64,000 nucleotides of DNA from Eledone cirrhosa (lineage: Eukaryota). The DNA lies in the NCBI GenBank assembly GCA_964016885.1, contig OZ024763.1, positions 10,974,001-11,038,000 on the forward strand, read 5' to 3'. The first letter of the stretch is position 1; each line of letters starts with the position of its first letter. The notes under the pieces are model-generated. The model saw nothing but the letters and a program-made list of their open reading frames with translations, did no database searches and was not told the origin of the DNA. Made by a program: the position numbers and the translations under genes. Below, piece by piece: positions 38,330 through 51,965 of the stretch.

Positions 38330-38792
38330 GATCATATTCTTTCAGTCATTATACCAGATTCATAGTTAAGGACTGGCATGAATACCGAATTGAAGAGGGT
38401 AAGTTTGGCTTTTGCACCTACTGTCCTTCTTCTGTTGGCCGAATGCTGAAGCTGGTGCATTATTGCACCAGTCTCTGCTATTCTTGTACTTAATTCAACA
38501 TCCCGGCTTCCATCACTCATGAAAAGAGCCCCGAGATACTTGAACTTCTCAGAAATCCCCTTCTGATGAATCAATACCATATCGCCTGCAAATTCCAGCT
38601 GAAATAGGGTTCTTTCGAAGGGTCTATGGAGTAACATTACTCGATAGAGTGTGTAGCTTGGAAATGAGAGAGTTGCTCTAAATAGAGCTGCTACTTCTCC
38701 AAATGGTTCCAGCAGGACTCGCTAGAGGAATCTACTCCCACAACCCTCCCAAGAATAAGTGGGTGGAGGAGAAGAAGAAGATGATGATGATG
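38330..38792. mobile_element. Expander-like RTE fragment with 5' inversion
   Basis: 38330-38565 minus strand (EKFKYLG...AKAKLTLFNSVFMP...MTERI) and 38578-38792 plus strand (continuation, homologous to 2752-2870 and the 3' end). Confidence 0.8.
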
Positions 38793-40033
38793 ATCTCTTT
38801 ACTCTAATAACTGCAAATTTTCACAACAAACTGTCCATTAATAAAGATTTGAATCAACAATCTCATTTTAGACATTTCCTGCTAATCATAACAGGATGTT
38901 AAAAGTTAAAGAATTTGGAGGGATTTACTAAATTATTTCATTAGTAAGATGGTATTTCTAAAATCTGGCCATTGTCCATGGGAATACTTTTGCAGTCTTG
39001 TCCACAGCCCCTCACCCTCCTTCTGTGACACTAGAGCCCTTGCTTTTCCTTTCTTTTTTTTATATTTTCTTATTTTACATTCCATTCTTTCTTCTCAATA
39101 ATTTTTTTTCTTTTTCTATTAAATTGTACTCCACATAAAATTTTCTGACGTTTTATATACAAATCTTTTGTATATAAAACGGTGTCAGACAATTTTCATT
39201 TAGATGGCTTTACTAAAATTATTAATTATTTCATTAGTAAGATGGTATTTCTAACACAAAAGGTTCTTATATATAATATTGTTGAAGGTTTTCATTTAAA
39301 TGAGAATCCTTTTACCTTTAAACCGGCTATATCTGGCCAGAGTTCTCTCACCTTTTTCTGTTCAAACTGGCCATAACTGGTCATTCATACTGATGTTAAG
39401 GTATTGTTCTCAAAATAAATAACATCAAAATCTTGTAGATTCGATATTATGTGAGATATTTATGTGAGACAAAGTGTTTACTACGAAAATATAATAGTAT
39501 ATATAGAGTAATGTAAATGCTAAAGAGTTAAGGAGTTTTTTTCTGTTGTGTACAGATCACACCTACTGCTTATATATTTTTTTTTTTATTCAATGTTGAA
39601 AACTAGAGTTTTTTTTTTGTTTTGTTTTTTTCAATTCTCAGATATAGTCAGCTAATTTGGTTTTCTTTGTTGAAACGAGGATGTATAATTAACGAATCTT
39701 TACTAAAATATCTCTTCTGTCATGCTTATATATCATTTACATGTCATGTTGAGGTTATATTTTATACAAGTCAGACCTCTTCCTCATAAATCATGGTTCT
39801 GTAGAGTAGGATGTATTTAGTCTGTGTGTGTATGTGTTTCTGCAGGATTTAGTATTTAGTCTGTGTGTATGTTTCTGTAGGAATATGTGGCTTCAGATTT
39901 GTTGATGGCTGTGTCATGAAATATTTTTCAATATTTGTGATGCCAGATATTTGCAGGTTATATCTGTCAAACAAAATCCCTGGCAAGGAAGTGTTTATCT
40001 GTTAAGGTTAAAAAGATTCTTGCTGTATTAAAT

Positions 40034-41394
40034 TTAACCCTTTCATAACCATATTTCTAATGAAAGACATTGCCTATGGTTTCCAAATAATTTTGGATAT
40101 AATAAAGAATTTGGTAGATATTTAGAAATATTACTAACTTTCTCATTATTAATCCTTTATCATTTACATTATTCTATATTTACTGTTGTATTTTCACAGT
40201 AAACATTTAATCTCACATAATATCAAATTTACAAGATTTTTATATTATTTATTTTGAGAATACCTTAACATAAGTATGAGCAGCCGGTTACAGCTGGTTT
40301 GAAAAGAAAGAGGTGAGAGAATTCTGGCTAGATACAGCCGGTTTAAACGCTAAAGAGTTAAGCTGGTATATTAACCCTCTCTATGGCGGGTAAAATTCCC
40401 AAGATCCATGGACGAGTTCTCTCCAGTGGTCTCTGTCCCTCATCATGGCTGCCATGTCCTGCGTCTCCCTCTTCCAGTGTGTCCATGCAGAGGAGTTGAT
40501 GCAGGAGGTGGAGACTGTGTCAATGAGTGTGGGGCTGAGAATGAATGAGATGAAGACGAAGTATCTGGTAGAGAATATTAAGAAGCCAGAGAAGATTACA
40601 CATGTAGGCAGGAAGCCACTAGAATTGGTTGAGTACTTCCTGTATCTGGGAGATTGAGAATACAGAAGATGATGTGGTCGAGAGGAAGAGCAAAGCCTGG
40701 GCGGTGTGCTACAGTTTGAGATCGGTGTGGAAGTCAGACCTTCATAAAGACCTGAAGATCCGTCTCTTCATTGCTGTAGTGGAGTCTGTGCTGCTGTACG
40801 GGTCTGAGACTTGGACACTGACCAAGAAACTCACTCAGATGGTGGATGGGTGCTACACGAGAATGCTGAGGATGGCTCTAAACATTAATCAGTCTACACT
40901 GAGGATGAATAACTCAGAGCTGTACGGGAGCCTCCCAAAAGTCACCTGGAGAGTAGCACAGAGGAGACTGAGGTTAGCTGGACATGCTCACCGACATCCA
41001 GAGTTGACACTGCACTCAGTGCTCCTGTGGGAGCCCCTCCATAGACACACAGGAAGAAGGATATGAACCCTTTAGCATTTAAACCGGCCGTATCCAGCCA
41101 GAATTCTCTCACCTCTTTCTGTTCAAATCAGCCGTAACCGGCTGCTCATACTGATGTTAAGGTTTTGTTCTCAAAATAAATATCAAAATCTCGTAGATTC
41201 GATATTGTGAGAGATAATTTTGTAAGATAAAACCTTTACTTCAAAAATACCATAGTATATATAGTAAATACTAAAGGGTTAAACAAAGGTTCTGACATAA
41301 AATTATGATGGAAAGTCTTTTAGATAAATATAAACACTTTAAAAGAGAGTGTTTTCTATGGCTATTTCAGGTAGTTTGGTATTAAAAGGTTTAA
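40034..41394 (+). mobile_element. Host TTAA-type MITE containing two smaller piggyBac-like MITEs (40149-40361, 41064-41282) and an RTE fragment
   Basis: ttaaccctttcataacc ... ggtattaaaaggtttaa. Body homologous to uninterrupted copies near 29511, 32527, 32905 and 50818. Confidence 0.75.
40379..41060. mobile_element. RTE-type LINE 3' fragment with inversion and 11-bp TSD
   Basis: Plus 40481-41060: LLYGSETWTLTKKLTQMVDGCYTRMLRMALNI...RRLRLAGHAHRH...LLWEP. Minus 40481-40381: TGRETQDMAAMMRDRDHWRELVHGSWEFYPP*. Flanks atattaaccct (40368-40378) / atatgaaccct (41061-41071). Confidence 0.85.
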
Positions 41395-41588
41395 CATGAA
41401 GTGAAAAATGACTATGAACCATAAGATATGATGTCTTTATCTAGTTCCGGGCACAGAGACTAAAAGGAGTCAGTAATTTAATATTTGTTATTAGAATATT
41501 ACTGCATCATTGTGAAGTTCTTTATTCTAGAAATGACTGCAATTTCTGAAAGTGTTGATGAGCTTTTAGAAAGAGCAAAGATCTTACG

Positions 41589-42440
41589 TTAACCATTTAG
41601 CATTTAAACCGGCTGTATCTGGCCAGAATTCTCTCACCTCCTTCTCTTCAAAGCAACCGTAAGTGGCCACTCATACTGATATTAAGGTTTTGTTCTCAAA
41701 ATAAATAATATCAAATCTCATAGATTCGATATGTGAGGTAAAGCCTTTACTGTGAAAATACAATAGTATATATAGAGTAATGTGAATGTTATGTGAGATA
41801 TTATGTGAGGTAAAGCCTTTACTGTGAAAATACAATAGTATATATAGAGTAAAGTAAATGTTATGTGAGATATTATGTAAGGTAAAGCCTTTACTGTGAA
41901 AATACAATAGTATATATAGAGTAATGTAAATGTTATATGAGATATTATGTGAGGTAAAGCCTTTACTGTGAAAATACAATAGTATATATAGAGTAATGTG
42001 AATGTTATATGAGATATTATGTGAGGTAAAGCCTTTACTGTGAAAATACAATAGTATATATAGAGTAATGTAAATGTTATGTGAGATATTATGTGAGGTA
42101 AAGCCTTTACTGTGAAAATACAATAGTATATATAGAGTAATGTAAATGTTATGTGAGATATTATGTGATAATACTGTGAAAATACAATAGTATATATAGA
42201 GTAATGTAAATGTTATGTGAGATATTATGTGAGGTAAAGCCTTTACTGTGAAAATACAATAGTATATATAGAGTAATGTAAATGTTATGTGAGATATTAT
42301 GTGAGGTAAAGCCTTTACTGTGAAAATACAATAGTATATATAGAGTAATGTAAATGTTATGTGAGATATTATGTGATATAAAACCTTTACTGTGAAAATA
42401 CAATAGTATATATAGAGTAATGTAAATGGTAATGGGTTGA
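41589..42440 (+). repeat. piggyBac-like MITE expanded by an internal 72-bp tandem array (~10 copies, ~41730-42425)
   Basis: Left TIR ttaaccatttagcattta; unit tattatgtgaggtaaagcctttactgtgaaaatacaatagtatatatagagtaatgtaaatgttatgtgaga; right TIR taaatggtaatgggttga. Confidence 0.9.
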
Positions 42441-42582
42441 TATCAGATAGATTTCATTGAGTTTTCTGTGTGTGTTAATGTGTAGCTAACTGAACACAGA
42501 CTTTTTCTCAAAAACTGTTTTTCTGTTTCTTCCTCTTCTCACCCCCTATATTTCTATTTCATCTTTTATTTTTCATTCTACC

Positions 42583-42670
42583 ATTTGATGAAGGACTAGA
42601 ATCTGAAATGTAAAGACTCTTTTCCTTCTATATTAAGTGTTAAACTAATATATTTCTTCATTGTACTGTG
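42583..42670 (+). mobile_element. HH-A module, degenerate copy
   Basis: tTGATGA-aGGACtagaATCT-GAAA-TG-TA-AAGac plus family tail (ctatattaagtgttaaactaatatatttcttc..tactgt). Confidence 0.6.
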
Positions 42671-42699
42671 AAGCATGTAAAGAGCATGGACTCCTACAT

Positions 42700-44200
42700 G
42701 ACAATGGACATTGCAAGAAGAGCCTAGAAGCAGCAGCAGTCACTTGAGTAGCCAGTCAAAGACAGTTGCTTACTACTATACTCGCAGCATGTAGAATTGA
42801 CAAAGCTCATCTACCCTGGCAGGAGTACAAAAACAATGTCAGACGACTATCTACACATAGCCCGAAGACATCACAACAATATGTATATGGAATATAACTC
42901 CAGGGTTTACAATCAAGCTCCCTGCGACCTAACCCATTGAGTTGAGGCAATGAATGTTGCATAAGTTTGTGAATAAAAATGAACCTCAATTGGAGGATGA
43001 CCAAAAATACACCTACCACAATATCATGGCAAACATTCAAAATGACAGGCAAGGACTTGTCTTCATTGATGCTCCTGCTGACACCGGTAAGACATTCCTC
43101 ATAAACCTCCTGCTTGCAAAAGTTTGTCAAAAGCAACATATTGCCCTTGCTGTGGCTTCAAGTGGCATTGCAGCAACACTTCTGGATGGAGGAAGAGCTG
43201 CATACTCCATGTTTAAGCTGCCCATAGACCTCATATGGCATGAACAATCTTTTTGCAACATCAAGAACTCACACAAGGAAAGCTTCTGCAAACATGCAAG
43301 ATGATAATTTGGGATGAAGCCACCATGAACCATAAAGTAATCTAAGCACCGAAAAATGTTGATGTGAAAGAAATCAACAGAAGGCTGTTGGACATTACTG
43401 GGAGAGAAAAGATGCTACCAACCAGTTGACAAAATCACTTCTGCAAACCAGGTTGTAAACTACCCCACTGAATTTTATTGAAGTCTTGAACTAGCAGGAA
43501 TTCCTTCACACAACCTGATACTGAAGCTTGCAGCATCAGTTATCATCAACATCATCATCATTTTTACGTCCGCTTTTCCCTGCTTGCAAGGGTGGGACGG
43601 GAACTGATTCTGGCTTGATTTCTACAGCTGGATGCCCTTCCTAACACCAACCTCATTTACGGTGAGTGCTGGGTGCTTTTTTGCTGTGGCACCTCCATGA
43701 CCACTTTACAGTGTAATGATAGGAACCCCAGTCCTATCATCTCATTTCTACAGCTGAGTAAACTGGAGCAATGTGAAATAAAGTGTCTTGCTCAAGGAAA
43801 CAACACATCACCTGTTACTTCATAATTTGGATCCTCCAAAACTTTGTAATCGCACAAGACTCATCATTAAAAATATAATGCCAATGTCCTAGAGGTTGCA
43901 ATCAAATCAGGAAAATTTGCTGGTGACAATTATTTCATTCCCAGAATACCACAGAAGGCAACTGATTTGCTATTTGAATTTCAAAGGCTTCAATTTCCTA
44001 TCAGTCTCAGTTTTGCCATCACTATCAATAAATCTCAAGGGCAATCATTGAAAGTCGTTGAGTTGAACATGGCAGATGCTGTCTTTTTACATGGTCAGCT
44101 CTATTTTGGTACAACAAGGGTTGGAAACTTTGATTGTCTCTTCATTGTGGCACCACAGGGCAAAACCAAGAATGTTGTTTATCCAGAGGCTTTGGAATGA
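42700..44200 (+). mobile_element. Helitron PIF1-type helicase relic, interrupted by a SINE-A (43545-43812)
   Basis: FIDAPADTGKTFLINLLLAKV...ALAVASSGIAATLLDGGRAAYSMFKLPI; IIWDEATM; YPTEF...GIPSHNLILK; HNLDPPKLCN.TRL; FIPRIP...FEFQRLQFPISLSFAITINKSQGQSL...HGQLY...KTKNVVYPEAL; stops and deletions. Confidence 0.9.
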
Positions 44201-45809
44201 GAAATACCATAATTCCTCATTCAATGACACGAGATATTCATTCCTTAGTCATGTAGTTTGTAAGGAATTTTGAAGTTGCAACTTTACTGCATAGTGCCAC
44301 TTTGGAAGAATATACAGATATATCCTGGGTTCCTCTGGATGTAAAGTAAAATAAGTGAGATCTTTTTATGGTAGCTAGCTTGACCTGTTAGAAATCACAA
44401 CCAAATTTCTTTCAAATCCCACCCTACTGACTCATGTATGTATATATGCATAATGCAAAAAGGAAAAGTTGTATGTGACACCTCGATCTACTAGAAATAT
44501 TAGTAAAATACATTTCAAATCACAGCCAAATCTCACACACACACGTGTGTGTGTGCGTGTGTATGCATGTCTTTGAAGTCACTATAACTGTTGATGTACC
44601 TAAAAGAAATAGAAAACAAATCTTCCTCAAACAAGATCCTACTGCCATAGAGGCAAAAGTTGGTGAAAGCTACAGTGTAAACATTTTAATTTACCTGGGC
44701 TCTACCACACTTTGGGCCTAGGAGAGTAAACTCTCTAGATATCGGTTGCTCTCTGACAGGTTTGTGGTTGAGCCCGTAACAGTGGAGACTTCTAATGTCC
44801 TTGGCCCTAGGGCCACCTCCTGACTCACCACCATCGGCACAGAGTTGGCTACCCGCAGTTGTAAGCTTTGCAAGCTGGAATGGCTTTTCCAGCATATTTC
44901 CCTCACTATCCTCGGGGGAAACACCTATTCAGTCCACCAGCGCTGCAGGACAGCCCCCATTTGCTCATAATAGTGAGAGATGGGGAGAGCGGGAGAGATG
45001 GAGGCAGTGACAGTCGGAGTTTGGTTCCTGGTGTATATGTATATATTTACCACAGACACATTTAAATAAACTTTCCTGAATTACAGAAATGATTAAGTAA
45101 ATGCTTCCTTCATTCATAAACCAATGGTAAATTTATTTTTTATTTTATTTTATTTACGGTTTTTAAAATAGCCTTCACATTTTGTTTGAATATCAGAGGA
45201 GCTGATAGTGCAAAAAAAAAATAAGGATAAATTTTAAAAAATCTAAATGTATTTTTTGGGCATGTCCATTTCACTGACAATATACCTAATGACTCTTCCA
45301 GGTGTGAAGCATTTAATAAGGAGCAGTATTTAAAAATATACCACTGGGAAAATATAATATTTTTATCTACAAGATTTGCTTTGAACAAACGACAATAAAT
45401 ATTCTGCTATTTTAGTTAAAACTCAACAATCATAATTCATTGGTCAAATATTTTGTAATATGTGCCAAAATAAACTGTAACTTTCATCCTCTGCTAGTAT
45501 ATATATATATATTCATACACACACACACATATATATACATACACACACACATATATATACATATACATACACACACACATATATATATATACATGCACAT
45601 ACATACACACATATATATACATATACATGCACACACATATATATACATATACATGCACATACACACACACATATATACATGCACATACATACACACACAC
45701 ATATATACATGCACATACATACACACACACATATATATATATATGTATATATATAAATGAAAGTATAGAAATTATTGTGAGCGTGAAGCCAACAGTATTT
45801 CATAATATA

Positions 45810-45866
<57 letters not shown>

Positions 45867-46017
45867 TATATATAATATATATATATAATATATAATAGGA
45901 ACAAGTAAGACCCCGACGGCTGAGCTCAAGCCGTTTCGACGGCTAATTCTCAATAATATATAATATATATAATATATAATATATATATATATATATATAA
46001 TATATATAATATATATA

Positions 46018-46049
<32 letters not shown>

Positions 46050-46088
46050 ATATATATATAATATATATAATATATATAATATATATAT

Positions 46089-46209
<121 letters not shown>

Positions 46210-46246
46210 ATATACATATAATATATATATATAATATATATATATA

Positions 46247-46311
<65 letters not shown>

Positions 46312-46323
46312 GCATATATAAAC

Positions 46324-46375
<52 letters not shown>

Positions 46376-46434
46376 CATATGTATACATATATACACAAAT
46401 AGATATACATATGTAGATATTGAGAGGCTGTCAT

Positions 46435-46540
46435 CCCACTGAAGAAGTACTTCCCAGCACCAAGTTATGTAATGCCTGAATAATAGAGGCAGTTGAAGCA
46501 ATTGTTGACAGGAGCACAGAAACCAATGCACTGGTTCGGC
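46435..46540 (+). ncRNA. Degenerate hammerhead motif with long stem II
   Basis: ccca-CTGAAGA-agtacttcc...ggagcaca-GAAA-CCAATGCACTGG-TT-cggc; stem III near-palindromic, stem I poor. Confidence 0.4.
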
Positions 46541-46669
46541 TATATTTGAAATACTAATATCAGTACCTACACAGTCATTTATCTCACTGATTAACGTATG
46601 TGTGCACTGTGAGTAATGGGTTTGTTATTTCTAGCAATGCAATACACATATATACACATACATATGTAT

Positions 46670-46808
46670 CAGTGGCGAGGGGTAACCTGGAAAGCAGGGC
46701 ATGCACTCCAATCGCCATGGCGGAAAGAGGGGCTGCGCAGCCTTACCCCCCCCCCCCGCCAATTCCCTCTAAATGACCCTCCCAGTCAAAGCCGCATGCA
46801 GCGTTATC

Positions 46809-46847
<39 letters not shown>

Positions 46848-46957
46848 ATCTCTTTATGTGTCTACGATTTAATAAGCAGCCAAAATTCTGCTTGCTTCAA
46901 CCAACGCAATTGATCAACTCAAGATTCTATAACGCATGCACACACCCTTAGCCCCTG
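46670..46957. mobile_element. Possible hAT-type MITE
   Basis: Ends cagtggcgaggggt ... acccttagcccctg are imperfect inverted repeats; inserted in TA-rich repeat. Confidence 0.35.
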
Positions 46958-46968
46958 ATATATATATA

Positions 46969-46999
<31 letters not shown>

Positions 47000-47081
47000 A
47001 CACATACATATATACATACACATACATACATATATACATACACATACATACATATATACATACACATACATATATACATAC

Positions 47082-47116
<35 letters not shown>

Positions 47117-47123
47117 CATACAT

Positions 47124-47156
<33 letters not shown>

Positions 47157-47165
47157 CATACATAC

Positions 47166-47200
<35 letters not shown>

Positions 47201-47209
47201 CATACATAC

Positions 47210-47242
<33 letters not shown>

Positions 47243-47321
47243 CATACATACACATACATATATATATATATATATATACATACATACACATACATACATA
47301 TATATATATATACATACATAC

Positions 47322-47356
<35 letters not shown>

Positions 47357-47598
47357 CATACATACACATACATACATATATATATATATATACATACATA
47401 CATACACACACATATGTATATATGTATGTATACATATACATATATATACATACATACATATATACATACATATACATACATATATATACATACATACATA
47501 TGTACGAATATACATACACACATAAATACATGTGTGTATATACATACATATATACACAGACATATCACTGTTTAACATATACATTGACAGTCTTTACA

Positions 47599-47668
<70 letters not shown>

Positions 47669-48079
47669 AATAAATTCACAAACACTGATATCAATAGATA
47701 TATGCACACACATATAAAATGTATAAACATCACACATTTTATATATACGCATCAATAAATATACATCGAACTAGCTATAGACACATCGCCCTCTCTGCTT
47801 GCCATCTATTATACACCTAATTTATACACACATACACATATATATATGTGTGTATATATGTATACATATATGGAAATTTATACGTGTGTGTGTATATGTA
47901 TGAACCATATACACACATATAATGTATCTAGATATGTGGAGAGATATATATGTGTATATATATGAACCATACGCACACACACACATACACATCTTGACAC
48001 ATTTTATAATTTCATCCATCAATTATTCTTAGGTTCATTTAATTTCAGTCATTAATCATCCTATATATCTCTCTACTTT

Positions 48080-48565
48080 CACAAACGAAAGAGAGGCAGT
48101 TTTCCTCTGTACAATGGCTATGGTGAAAGAGGTTATATGGTGGACGAGATTGAGAGGACTGAGGACAGATGTCTTTCTCTCCGGACAACAACTCATTCCC
48201 TTCTTTAGATATCACTTTAGAAGGAGAATCAGGGTGGAGAGAGAAGCACTGCACCCCAGTAAATTTACTGAAAGGTGGGTGAATGTGGCAAAAATGGCCC
48301 GAGTGATTGGGCCTTCTCTGTTTATAAACCTGTAGGTTAAAGAAGAGAACAAAAGGAAGGGAGCACTTGCACAACACACTCCTGGAGTTGAGGGTTGTTC
48401 TATCTACGGGGTATTAAACAAGCCATTTGTGGGGCCTCCCCCCTATTGGGGATTTCGATTGTTGTAATTGTTTCAATATTTGTATACGACTGTATGTAAA
48501 ATCCCCGGCATGTGTCTTTGTATTGTCCCCTTTTCTTGTGCGCCCTTGTGGCAAATAAAGAAATA
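48080..48565 (+). mobile_element. 3' end of the same L1/Tx1 family as 27026-28772
   Basis: MVKEVIWWTRLRGLRTDVFLSGQQLIPFFRYHFRRRIRVEREALHPSKFTERW and a matching 3' UTR. Confidence 0.9.
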
Positions 48566-48820
48566 TATCTATCCATCTGTCTGTCTGTCTATCCATCCAT
48601 TTGTCTGTCTGTCTATCTATCCCTCTATCCCCCATCCACCTCTCTCTCTCTCAATCTGTCTACCTCTCTATCTCCTTCCAACCTTTCTATCCAACCATCC
48701 CTCTATCTACCTATCTATTTTCTGTGTCAATCAATACATAAATATATATATCTATATATCTATCTATCTATATATATATATCTATCTATATATCTATCTA
48801 TCTATATCTCTATCTATCTA

Positions 48821-48853
<33 letters not shown>

Positions 48854-49018
48854 ATATCTCTATCTATCTCTATCTATCTATATATATATATCTATCTATA
48901 TATATATCTATATATCTATCTATCTATATATATATATCTATCTATCTATATATCTATCTATATATCTATCTATCTATCTATATATATCTATCTATATATA
49001 TATCTATATCTCTATCTA

Positions 49019-49083
<65 letters not shown>

Positions 49084-49099
49084 AAAGAAACTAGCTGTA

Positions 49100-49383
49100 C
49101 TGTAACAAGAGAAGGGGGGGGGGGGAATTAGATTAGATAGAAAGAAAAGGAGCAGATAGGAGATAATGAGAGAGGGAGAATAGACAGATGACGAGAGAGA
49201 GAGAGAGGTAATATTAGAGAGAACATAGATTACAGGAGATATTATAAGGAGAGGGGGGAGAGGTAATATTAGAGAGAACATAGATTACGAGAGATATTAT
49301 GAGGAGGGAGGGGAAGATATTAGAGAGAGAATATAGATCACAAGAGAGATCATAATGAGGGGGAGAGGAAGAGAAAACAGATC

Positions 49384-49426
<43 letters not shown>

Positions 49427-49651
49427 TCATAATGAGAGAGAGAGAGAGAGAGAAGACAGATCATAATGAGAGAGAGAGAGAGAGAGAAGACAGATCATAA
49501 TGAGAGAGAGAGAGAGAGAGAAGACAGATCATAATGAGAGAGAGAGAGAGAAGACAGATCATAATGAGAGAGAGAGAAGACAGATCATAATGAGAGAGAG
49601 AGAGAGAGAAGACAGATCATAACGAGGGGGAGAGGAAGAGAAAACAGATCA

Positions 49652-49698
<47 letters not shown>

Positions 49699-50535
49699 CA
49701 TATCATAATGAGAGAGAGAGAGAAAGAGAGAAGACAGATTATAGAGAGAGAGAGAGAGAAAGAGAGAAGACAGATTATAGAGAGAGGGAGAGAGAAGACA
49801 AATCACAGAGAGAGAGAGGGAGAGAGAGAGGGGGGACAGATCACAGAGAGAGAGAGAGAAAACAGATCATAATGAGAGAGAGAAGACAGATCATAATGAG
49901 AGAGAGAGAGAGAAGACAGATCATAATGTGAGAGAGAGAGGGAAGACAGTTAATGAGAGAGAGGGAGAAGGAAGACAATGAAAGAGAGAGAGAAAGAGGG
50001 AAGACAGATCATAGAGAGAGGGAGAGAGAAGACGATCACAGAGAGAGAGGGAGAAGACAGATCACATAGAGAGAGAGAGAGAGAGGGAAGACAGATCACA
50101 AAGAGAGAGAGAGAGAGGGAAGACAGATCACAAAGAGAGAGAGAGAGAGGGAAGACAGATCACAAACAGAGAGAGAGAGGGAAGACAGATCACAAAGAGA
50201 GAGGGGGGAAGACAGATCACATAGAGAGAGAGAGAGGGAAGACAGATCACAGAGAGAGAGAGGGAAGACAGATCACAAACAGAGAGAGAGAGGGAGAAAG
50301 AGAAGAGTTCACAAAGAGAGAGAGAGGATAGATCATAAAGAGAGAGAGAAAGAGAGGACAGATCATAAAAAGAGAGAGGGAAGACAGATCACAAAGAGAG
50401 AGAGAGGGAAGACAGATCACAAAGAGAGAGGGAAGACAGATCACAAAGAGAGAGGGAAGACAGATCACAAAGAGAGAGAGAGAGAGAGAGAGAGGGAGGG
50501 AGAGAGAGAGAGAGAGAGAGAGAGGGAGGTGGGAA
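49100..50535. repeat. GA-rich compound minisatellite (gaagacagatca...(ga)n)
   Basis: Seen directly. Confidence 0.9.
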
Positions 50536-51713
50536 AGAGCGTGCAACATTATTGATAGAAAAGTGACAATGAATTAGAAACTGGAACAAGCTGATTGCAT
50601 GTGTGTGTATGTCTGTATGTATATATGTGTGTGTGTGTATGTTTGTATTTATGTGTGCATGTATGTGTATGTATATGTGTATATATGTGTGTGTATGTTT
50701 GTATGAATGCGTATATATGTGTGTGCATGTATGCGTATGTCTGTATGTATATATGTATTTATGTGTATATGTGTGTGCATGTATGTGTATATGATATATA
50801 GTAATGTCACAATTGTATTAACCTTTTCATTGCCATATTTCTGATGAAACATTGATGGGCTGAAATTATTTGGAAAAATAATCAAAAGTTTCGAAGGATT
50901 TAATTATAATACTAACCTTATTATTATTTAGTTATAATACTAACCTTATTAGTTTTGATACTAACTTTATTTAGTTTTAATATTAACTTATTACTTAGTT
51001 ATAACACTAACCTTCACATTATTTGGTTATAATACTAACTTTATTATTAGTTATACTAACTTTATTATTAGTTTGAATTGGCAGTATCGGTAGAGGGTCG
51101 GACGCCATGCTTTCTAGCATAGTTACGTCCCTTTACAGTCTGAGTTCAAATCCCGCCGAGGTTAACTTTGCCTTTCATCCTTACGGGGTCGATAAAATAA
51201 AGTACCAGTAATGTACTGGGTAATTGCTGGCCTTGTGCCTAAAGTAGAAACAATTATTAGTTATACTAACTTTATTATTAGTTATAATACTAACTTTATT
51301 ATTAGTTATAATACTAACTTTATTATTATTTTAATACTAACTTTCTCGTTGCTTAGTGTTTTAGAACATAATGAATATTCAATAAATTGATGGAAGGAGT
51401 TTTATATTAATATAAACATTAAAGAGTTTGATATCATATTTCTAATGACTATTTTATAAAAATCATAGAGAACTGTGAGGGGTTTACAAATACTAATTAT
51501 CTCATTAATTAATGGAAAATTTTAAAGGATTTATAATGAAGAATTATCTCACTATTGGGATGGTGTTTGTCACATATCAAATTATGTTGGAAGATTGAAA
51601 TCTAAATAGGAACTCTTTAAAATGGATGGCTTTGTTTCATAGAAGTAGAGATAGTTTTGGTATAGGTTAGTATCATTAAATGGCAATTACTTTCAATATT
51701 AAGTCTCACCTGC

Positions 51714-51746
51714 TAACTGATGAAGCTTTCAGTGAAACTTGTATTA
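51714..51746 (+). ncRNA. Very small hammerhead motif
   Basis: TAA-CTGATGA-aGCT-ttc-AGT-GAAA-CTTG-TA-TTA. Confidence 0.6.
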
Positions 51747-51845
51747 CAAGAAGCTGTCACTTATCAATATATTAAATAAATTATCTCACTCTACATATAG
51801 AGGTCTGCTATTAGGTAATGTTAATCTATTTTATTTCTCATTTTT

Positions 51846-51881
51846 TCTTCTGACGAAAGACTAGCGTCTGAAACGTCAAGA
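51846..51881 (+). ncRNA. Minimal type-I hammerhead ribozyme, intact (family HH-A)
   Basis: TCTT-CTGACGA-aAGAC-tagc-GTCT-GAAA-CG-TC-AAGA; stem III reduced to the palindrome ACGT; predicted cleavage after C51877. Confidence 0.9.
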
Positions 51882-51965
51882 CCCTCTTCCTGCTATATTA
51901 AGCGTTAACCTAATATATTCTTTCCATATACTGTACCGATTGTGTTGTTATTTCTGTTTACCTTT

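Noticed and set aside
38560-38610. ctgatga...gctgaaata at the RTE inversion junction
   Set aside because: Chance product of the junction; no pairing stems.
42954-44200. Host PIF1 helicase gene
   Set aside because: Intronless Helitron-type motifs with stops, deletions, a damaged Walker A and a SINE insertion; a transposon relic.
50838-50872. ctgatgaaacattgatgggctgaaa hammerhead-like string
   Set aside because: Lies in a TTAA MITE whose other copies read ctaatgaaagacattg; stems I and II do not pair.
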